The notes under the pieces: generated by a model
Seen by the model: the letters and a program-made list of their open reading frames with translations, nothing else
Databases searched by the model: none
Told to the model about the DNA's origin: nothing
Source: an uncultured Chloroflexia bacterium
Lineage (GTDB): Bacteria > Chloroflexota > Limnocylindria > Limnocylindrales > CSP1-4
DNA: 64,000 nucleotides
NCBI GenBank assembly: GCA_963777975.1
Contig: CAVZSO010000003.1
Location: 210,760 to 274,759 of the forward strand
Direction: 5' to 3'
Position numbers and translations under genes: made by a program
In this document: piece after piece, positions 54,918 through 64,000 of the stretch
How positions within the stretch are numbered: position 1 is the stretch's first letter
How the letters are laid out: every line of letters starts with the position of its first letter

Positions 54918-55673
54918 TCAGTCGTCGGCCCCCCCGACGACCTCCCAGCCCTCCGGTGGCAGGCTGGCAGCGAAGGCCTCCTCCGGCTCCTGGCCGGGCG
55001 GCTTGACGAGCCCGGCGTGGCCGGTCGTGACGAAGGTCGCGAAGCGGGTGATCGAATGGGCCACGAACGAGGCACCGATGCCGCCCGTCCAGACCGTCAG
55101 GAAGCCCGCCACGACGCCGGTGCCGAGGGCGATGAGCAGCATGCCGCGACTGCGGCCCGGTGCCCCGAGGCGCGTCGTGATGCCGTACAGGACGGCCTGG
55201 AAGGCGATGGCCAGATCGGTCGGCCAGCCGAGTGCCAGCGTGATGCCGAGGATCGCACCTCGAAAGCAGGCCTCGTCGATGAAGGCGGTGCCGATGGCGT
55301 TGGCCGCCGCGCCTGGGTAGTGGCGGTACTCCGGCCAGCGGAGCCGCCGGTAGCGCAGCCAGGCGTAGACGACCGCGACGAGCGTCCCGATGCCGCCGAA
55401 GATGAGGCCCAGGGTGAGCGTCTCGACGCGGTCGGCGCCGATGTTCAGGTGGAGCGTCGTGACCGGCGTCGGGAAGACGTACCAGATGGCCAGCGCCAGG
55501 GCGACCCCGGTGCCGTACCAGGCCAAGCGCCGGCCAGCTCCGCGCCAGCCGCCGGAGTTCGACTCGTCGTCGTACTCGGCCGCCCCGAAGCGATAGGCGT
55601 CCAGGCGGAGGAGCACGAGCAGGCCGGTCAGCCCGACCCCGACCAGGATGCGCAGCTGGTCTTCGAGATCCAC
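54918..55673 (-). CDS. CPBP-family intramembrane metalloprotease (CAAX protease/Abi-like)
   Basis: ORF 54918..55817. The likely start is GTG 55673, 5 nt after the lepA stop. It has multiple TM helices, an acidic motif (FIDEACFRG) and a later His motif (FVAHSITRF). Confidence 0.7.
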   Translation of the reverse strand: MDLEDQLRILVGVGLTGLLVLLRLDAYRFGAAEYDDESNSGGWRGAGRRLAWYGTGVALALAIWYVFPTPVTTLHLNIGADRVETLTLGLIFGGIGTLVAVVYAWLRYRRLRWPEYRHYPGAAANAIGTAFIDEACFRGAILGITLALGWPTDLAIAFQAVLYGITTRLGAPGRSRGMLLIALGTGVVAGFLTVWTGGIGASFVAHSITRFATFVTTGHAGLVKPPGQEPEEAFAASLPPEGWEVVGGADD

Positions 55674-55678
55674 GCGCG

Positions 55679-57490
55679 TCAGCCCTCGGACGTTCGCAAC
55701 ACAGCCAGGAAGGCCTCCTGTGGGATCTCGACGCTGCCGATCCGTTTCATGCGGGCCTTCCCCTCCTTCTGCTTCTCGAGCAGTTTGCGCTTTCGGGTGA
55801 TGTCGCCGCCATAGCACTTCGCAAGGACGTTCTTGCGCATGGCCCGGACCGTGTCGCGGGCGATGACGTTGGAGCCGATGGCCGCCTGGATGGGCACCTC
55901 GAACATCTGGCGAGGGATGAGCTCCTTGAGCTTCTCGACGAGCAGGCGGCCGGTCTGTTGCGCGCGGTCGCGATGGAGGATGAGCGAGAGGGCATCGACC
56001 GGCTCGCCCGCGACCAGCACGTCGAGCTTGACCAGGCGCGCCTCCCGATAGCCGATCTCCTCGTAGTCCATGCTCGCATAGCCCTGCGAACGACTCTTCA
56101 TCTGATCGAAGAAGTCGACGATGACCTCGGCCAGCGGCAGCTCGAAGGAGAGCAGCACGCGCTGCGGATCGAGGTACTCCATGGTCTCGAAGGCGCCGCG
56201 CCGATTGGTGGCCAGCTCGATGAGCGAGCCGATGTACGAGCTCGGGGTCACGATCTTGACGCGTACCCAGGGCTCGGAGATGGCCTCGATGGCGCCGATC
56301 TCGGGCAGCTCGGACGGGTTGTCGACGACGACCGGCTCGTTCGAATGGAGGAGCTTGACGCGGTACTCGACCGACGGCGCCGAAGCGATGAGATCGAGGT
56401 CGAACTCGCGCTCGAGGCGCTCCTGGATGATCTCCATGTGCAGCAGCCCGAGGAAGCCGCAGCGGAAGCCGAAGCCGAGGGCGACCGAGCTCTCGGGCTC
56501 GTAGGTGATCGAGGCGTCGTTCAGGTGCAGCTTCTCGAGCGCGTCGCGCAGCAGCGGGTAGTCGGGACCGTTGAGGGGGTAGATGCCGGCGAAGACGAGC
56601 GGCTTGGCCGCCTTGTAGCCGGGCAGCGGCTCGGCGGCCGCCCGCCCGGCCGACGTCAACGTGTCGCCGACCTGGCAGTCGCGCACGCTCTTGAGGCCCG
56701 TCGCGACGTAGCCGACCTCGCCCGCCGTGAGCTGCTCCATCGGCACCAGCTGCGGGCGGAAGACGCCCAGCTCGAGCAGGTCGGCCTCGGCGCCGGAGGC
56801 CATCAGCCGGATCGTCTCGTGGGCGGCGAGCGTGCCGGCGGCCAGACGGACATAGGCGACGACGCCCTTGTAGGCGTCGTAGTGGGAATCGAAGATCAGC
56901 CCCTGGACGGGCGCGGCCGGATCGCCCTTCGGCGCTGGCACCCTGGCGACGATGGCCTCGAGGATCTCCGGCACGCCGGTGCCCTCCTTGGCCGACGCCA
57001 GGATGACCTCCTCGCGCGGGATGGCGAGCACGCTCTCCAGCTCCTCGATGACCACGTCCGGCTGGGCCGAGGGCAGGTCGATCTTGTTGAGGACCGGGAT
57101 GATGGTCAGGCCGAGCGCGAGCGCCAGATGGACGTTGGCCAGCGTCTGCGCCTCGATCCCCTGCGCGGCATCGACGACGAGGATGGCGCCCTCGCAGGCC
57201 TGCAGGCTGCGGCTGACCTCATAGGTGAAGTCGACATGGCCCGGCGTATCGATGAGGTTCAGGCCATAGGTCAGGCCGTCGGAGGCCGTGTACTCGAGGC
57301 GCACGGCACGGGCCTTGATGGTGATGCCCTTCTCGCGTTCGAGGTCCATCGAGTCGAGGACCTGGCTGGTCATCTGGCGCGCGTCGATGGTGTGGGTCAG
57401 CTCCAGCAGGCGGTCGGCCAGGGTCGACTTCCCGTGATCGATGTGCGCGATGATCGAGAAGTTGCGCAGGCGGTCCTGTGGGATGGTCAC
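55679..57490 (-). CDS. lepA: translation elongation factor 4 (LepA)
   Basis: ORF 55679..57625. The likely start is GTG 57490 ([24 protein letters not shown]). GTPase motifs and the conserved LepA C-terminal domain are present. Confidence 0.95.
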   Translation of the reverse strand: MTIPQDRLRNFSIIAHIDHGKSTLADRLLELTHTIDARQMTSQVLDSMDLEREKGITIKARAVRLEYTASDGLTYGLNLIDTPGHVDFTYEVSRSLQACEGAILVVDAAQGIEAQTLANVHLALALGLTIIPVLNKIDLPSAQPDVVIEELESVLAIPREEVILASAKEGTGVPEILEAIVARVPAPKGDPAAPVQGLIFDSHYDAYKGVVAYVRLAAGTLAAHETIRLMASGAEADLLELGVFRPQLVPMEQLTAGEVGYVATGLKSVRDCQVGDTLTSAGRAAAEPLPGYKAAKPLVFAGIYPLNGPDYPLLRDALEKLHLNDASITYEPESSVALGFGFRCGFLGLLHMEIIQERLEREFDLDLIASAPSVEYRVKLLHSNEPVVVDNPSELPEIGAIEAISEPWVRVKIVTPSSYIGSLIELATNRRGAFETMEYLDPQRVLLSFELPLAEVIVDFFDQMKSRSQGYASMDYEEIGYREARLVKLDVLVAGEPVDALSLILHRDRAQQTGRLLVEKLKELIPRQMFEVPIQAAIGSNVIARDTVRAMRKNVLAKCYGGDITRKRKLLEKQKEGKARMKRIGSVEIPQEAFLAVLRTSEG

Positions 57491-57652
57491 GGGGCGGCAG
57501 TCTAGCCGGTCAGGCGGTCGCGCCGAGTGCCGGACGGCGACCCTCCAGGAGACCGGTAAGGCCGGCGTCGTGGCCTTGTCGCCGCGGTGGCGTTTGCGGC
57601 ATCCTCGTCCCTTCCGCCGGCGCATCGTGCTGGCTCCAGCGAGGTCGACACC

Positions 57653-58769
57653 ATGGCACAGGCCGCTGCCCCATCCAGCCCGATCGATGCTGACGCCGAG
57701 GCCGCTCGCGACGCGCTCGCCGGCCGGCTGTTCGAGTCGGCTGCAGGCGCCTTCGACCTGGCGGCGGTCTACATGGGCGACCGACTCGGCCTCTACCGGG
57801 CCCTCGACGTTTCCGGAGCGCAGTCGTCACCCGAGCTGGCGGCCCGGACCGGCCTCCAGGAGCGATACGTCCGCGAGTGGCTCGAGCAGCAGGCCGTGAC
57901 CGGCATCCTGTCCGCCGACGACGAGCCCGACGGCGGCCTCCGTCGATATTCGCTCCCGGCCGGCCATCGCGAGGTCCTGCTCGACGAGCTCAGCCTGGCG
58001 TACGCCACACCGACCGCGCGAGCGATCGCGGTTGCGATGCGGATGCTGCCCCAGATCATGACGGCCTTCGAGCACGGCGGCGGCGTGTCCTGGTCTGACT
58101 ACGGTCCCGATCTGCGCGAGGCCCAGGCCGCGACGAACCGGCCGCTCTTCCACAACATCCTGGGCTCGGAGTGGCTGCCGGCGATCGCCGATGTCCACGC
58201 TCGCCTGCTGGCCGACCCGCCCGCGCGCATCGCCGACGTGGCCTGCGGCGAAGGCTGGTCCTCGATCGCCATGGCCACGGCGTATCCGAAGGTGCGCGTC
58301 GACGGCATCGACCTCGACGAGCCGGCCATCGACCAGGCTCGCCGTAACGCGGCCATGTCCGAGGTCGCCGATCGCGTCCGCTACCAGGCGCGCGATGCGG
58401 CGGACCCGGCCCTCCAGGGCGCCTTCGACCTGGTCACGATCTTCGAAGCCGTCCACGACCTGTCGCAACCGGTCGCCGTCCTGAGCTGCCTGCCGCGGCC
58501 TGCTGGCACCGGGCGGCACGATGCTCGTCGCCGACGAGCGCGTGAGCGAGACCTTCACGGCGCCCGGCGACTTCGTCGAGCGCATGATGTACGGCTACAG
58601 CCTGACCGTCTGCCTGACGAATGGCCTCGCCGAGACGCCTTCGGTCGGCACTGGCACGGTCATGCGACCGGCCACGCTTGAGCGCTATGCGCTGGCCGCC
58701 GGCTTCAGCCGCGTCACCGTCCTGCCCATCGAGCACGAGACGTTCCGGATCTACCGACTCGACCCCTGA
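57653..58769 (+). CDS. class I SAM-dependent methyltransferase with N-terminal winged-helix domain (Rv2258c-like), one frame break near 58495-58501
   Basis: ATG 57653 lies within ORF 57587..58681 (LGLYRAL...[11 protein letters not shown], motif [11 protein letters not shown]). The C-terminus is in ORF 58521..58769 (MLVADERV...). Confidence 0.75.
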
Positions 58770-58951
58770 CGTCCTCGGTCCATGCGGGTCGGCTGGTGCC
58801 GGCAGGCCACACGAGCGGTGCCCCTGCGCACCGCGAAGATCTTCACAGGGCGATCCATCGCGGTGGCGACCGACGTATCGTCGAGTGGGTGCATCTCGAC
58901 GCGTCCACGCGCCGGCACCTCGCCGCGCCCGCGGCAGGAGGAGGCAGATCG

Positions 58952-59410
58952 ATGCAGGTCCGACGATCCATCCCCATCGCGCTCGGCACGTCGTTGGCGC
59001 TCGTCGTGGCGCTCGTCGCCAGCGGTGTCACCATGGCCGGCGGTCGGCCGTTCACCGTCGCCCCACTCACCGGCGCCGCGGAACGCCCCGGCCCGGGCGA
59101 TCCCGACGGCACCGGCAGCGCGCAGCTTCTGGATGAACCCGGGCACCGGGCCAGGTCTGCTGGGACTACAGCGTCTCGGGCGTCGAGCCGCTCGTCGCGG
59201 CGCACATCCATCACGCTCCGGCCGGCGGTGCCGGGTCCCGTCGTGATCCCGATGCTGCCGACGACGGCGACCGGTGGCACGGGCTGCGCGACGGTGGCCC
59301 GCTCGCTCATCGTCGACATCCTCGTCCATCCCAGCGACTACTACTTCAACGTCCACAACGCGACGTACCCAGCCGGCGCGCTCCGAGGCCAGCTCAGCCG
59401 CCAACCCTGA
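58952..59410 (+). CDS. secreted CHRD-domain protein, internally mis-framed between ~59141 and 59236
   Basis: ATG 58952 follows GGAGGAGG and begins a signal peptide (MQVRRSIPIALGTSLALVVALVASG). Segments GAAERPGPGDPDGTGSA and SDYYFNVHNATYPAGALRGQL are in frame. VCWDYSVSGVEPLVAAHIHHAPAGGAG appears only in another frame. Confidence 0.75.
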   Translation: MQVRRSIPIALGTSLALVVALVASGVTMAGGRPFTVAPLTGAAERPGPGDPDGTGSAQLLDEPGHRARSAGTTASRASSRSSRRTSITLRPAVPGPVVIPMLPTTATGGTGCATVARSLIVDILVHPSDYYFNVHNATYPAGALRGQLSRQP

Positions 59411-59451
59411 GCTCAACGAAGCGCCGGTCCACGACCGGGTCTCGACTCCAT

Positions 59452-59490
59452 GGAAGGGGCGGCGCCGACGTCGAAGGCGCCGCCCCTTCC
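59452..59490 (+). terminator. perfect 15-bp stem / 9-nt loop hairpin, candidate intrinsic terminator after the CHRD gene
   Basis: The sequence is ggaaggggcggcgcc gacgtcgaa ggcgccgccccttcc, starting 42 nt after the stop codon. No U-tract follows, which is common in high-GC genomes. Confidence 0.6.
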
Positions 59491-59533
59491 AGGTTCGCTG
59501 GGGCGCCGCGGTGAGGCCTGCGATGAGCCGCTC

Positions 59534-59542
59534 TGGTACCAT
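59534..59542 (+). promoter_or_regulatory. candidate extended -10 element (TGgTACCAT) upstream of rpsT
   Basis: Pattern match only. It is the same TACCAT hexamer as the hrcA candidate -10. No convincing -35 was found. Confidence 0.35.
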
Positions 59543-59579
59543 CACGCGTCGCGCCACCTGAATCCCGGCGCGACCGGCC

Positions 59580-60332
59580 ATGCCGAACCCATCGCCCGCA
59601 GTCCGAGGTCATCCCGACTTGGCTCACTCATCCCGCACCTGGCGCGGCGCCCGAACGCCGCAGGCCATGAAGCGCGTCCGTCAGGACGAGCGCAAGCGCG
59701 CCGTCAACCAGCCGCACCGATCGAGGGCCAAGACGCTCGTCGCCAAGGCGGTCGTGGTCGCGGCCGGCGCCGACGACGAGGCGACGCGAGCCGCCGTGGT
59801 GGCCGCTATCTCGGCGCTGGACAAGGCCGCCAAGGCAGGCGCCATCCACCGCAACGCTGCCGATCGGCGCAAGAGTCGCCTGATGCGCAAGGCCAACGCC
59901 GCGCTCGAGGGTCAGGCTGTCGTCACCGGCGGCAAGGTGGTGCGGACGACGGGCAAGGCGGCCGCCGCCAAGGAGGCCAAGGCCCGCATCGCCGCTTCGA
60001 AGGCATCGAAGGCCAAGGGCGAGCAGACCGCCGCCGGCAAGGCGCGCGCCGCACTGACCAAGTCGACCCGGGCCGAGGCGGCCTCGAAGGCCGAGGCGAC
60101 GTCGACGACCACGGAAGCGGCCTCACCCGCCAAGGCGAGCCCGACCAAGGCCGCAGCCAAGTCGGCCGCCAAGAAGGCCACCGGCACGGCTGCCAAGGCG
60201 CCCGCGACCAAGGCGGCCTCCGCCACAGCCGCGAAGAAGGCTCCAGCGAAGAAGGCACCGACGGCGAAGGCCGCTCCGGCCACCAAGCCTGCCGCCAAGG
60301 CCGCCCCGAAGAAGTCCTCGACCAGCACGTAG
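59580..60332 (+). CDS. rpsT: 30S ribosomal protein S20 with a long Ala/Lys-rich C-terminal extension
   Basis: 250-aa ORF. The S20 core is KRVRQDERKRAVN...LDKAAKAGAIHRNAADRRKSRLMRKANA. It is followed, without a stop, by ~140 aa of AKAAPATKPAAKAAPKK-type sequence. The start is ATG 59580 or ATG 59667. Confidence 0.85.
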   Translation: MPNPSPAVRGHPDLAHSSRTWRGARTPQAMKRVRQDERKRAVNQPHRSRAKTLVAKAVVVAAGADDEATRAAVVAAISALDKAAKAGAIHRNAADRRKSRLMRKANAALEGQAVVTGGKVVRTTGKAAAAKEAKARIAASKASKAKGEQTAAGKARAALTKSTRAEAASKAEATSTTTEAASPAKASPTKAAAKSAAKKATGTAAKAPATKAASATAAKKAPAKKAPTAKAAPATKPAAKAAPKKSSTST

Positions 60333-60375
60333 CGGCCCGGCGCCGACGACCTCGTAGCAGCCCGGCGTCGGAGCC

Positions 60376-60949
60376 TCAGCTCGCGATCTGCGTCGCCGCT
60401 CCGGATCCGGTCGCGGCCTTTCGAGACGTGCCGGCGCCGTAGAGCAGGCCACCGACCAGGGCGCCGCCTGCTACGAGGCCGATGATGGTGAGCGCGCCGT
60501 TGAGCTGCTCCTGGAGCACGAAGCGCTCGAAGGTCGCCGCGTCGGTGACGCCGGCCGCCGCCAGCTCCGGACCGCGGCCGCTCTCGAGGTAGCGCTCGTA
60601 GGTGCACTGTGGACCGGTCGCGCACGTCAAGCGGCCCGCCCTGGGTCCCGTCCCGGTAGCCCGCGTCGCCATAGACGAAGACGAGCCGGAGGCCGGCGTA
60701 CAGGATGGCCAGCGAGATGGCCGTGAACAGCCCGGCGTAGAGCGCGTTGGCGATGACGCGTCGCCAGGGCCGGCGGCGCTCGGAGCGCGCGTTGGCGTAG
60801 AAGCCGATGAGCAGGCCGCCGATCGGTGCGAAGAGGAAGACGAGAGACTGGACGGCGATGATGAGCTCGAAGCCCATGGCCACGACGACGGCCATGCCAA
60901 GCCCGACCCAGCCGGCGAAGATCGCTCCCCGGTCGACGATGCGCGACAC
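60376..60949 (-). CDS. hypothetical membrane protein, one frame break near 60632-60640
   Basis: GTG 60949 lies 2 nt after the eno stop. The N-terminal TM helices come from ORF 59912..61003. The C-terminal part, with a final TM helix, comes from ORF 60376..60900 (CTYERYLESGRG...LTIIGLVAGGALVGGLLYG). Confidence 0.5.
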
Positions 60950-60951
60950 GT

Positions 60952-63478
<2,527 letters not shown>

Positions 63479-63498
63479 GGTTCGGCGGTCGTCCGAGA

Positions 63499-64000
<502 letters not shown>

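Overview
High-GC (about 70 percent by eye) bacterial chromosomal window, roughly 90 percent coding, mostly on the minus strand. There are three main blocks. (1) A disrupted S9 peptidase plus a SAM-recycling / methionine-salvage cluster (ahcY, GNAT, mtnA, apt). (2) Two aerobic Mo-dependent CO-dehydrogenase-type clusters about 6 kb apart. The first is a form I coxMSL (CoxL motif AYRCSFR) followed by an XdhC-YHS fusion and coxG. The second is a form II-like coxSLM (AYRGAGR) followed by a MoCF-binding protein, coxD (MoxR AAA+), coxE (VWA) and an XdhC homologue. Between the two clusters lie a MocA-methyltransferase fusion, a heavily decayed STAND ATPase-TPR gene, a class III nucleotide cyclase and two small membrane proteins. 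(3) Housekeeping genes in Bacillus-like order: mfd, pth; ybeY, 7TM-HD, yqeY, rpsU; prmA, dnaJ ... dnaK, grpE, hrcA (with a perfect CIRCE operator), hemW, lepA; rpsT; eno, pgk, gap. dnaK and dnaJ are separated by a ~5 kb insert carrying a NodB-type deacetylase, an ABC-2 exporter and a decayed XRE-like gene. I recognised no rRNA, tRNA, CRISPR array, transposase or integrase. About 15 conserved genes, including pgk, dnaK and hemW, carry single-nucleotide frame breaks. This means either indel errors in the assembly or unusual gene decay, and it limits fine-scale calls. Nothing here can be shown from sequence alone to be a new system. The leads most worth follow-up are the XdhC-YHS protein with a hidden His-rich tail beside form I CODH, the placement of the coxD/E maturation genes behind the form II operon, the insert splitting the dnaK operon, the diverged 119-bp tandem duplication, and ribosomal protein S20 with a ~140-aa Ala/Lys-rich tail.
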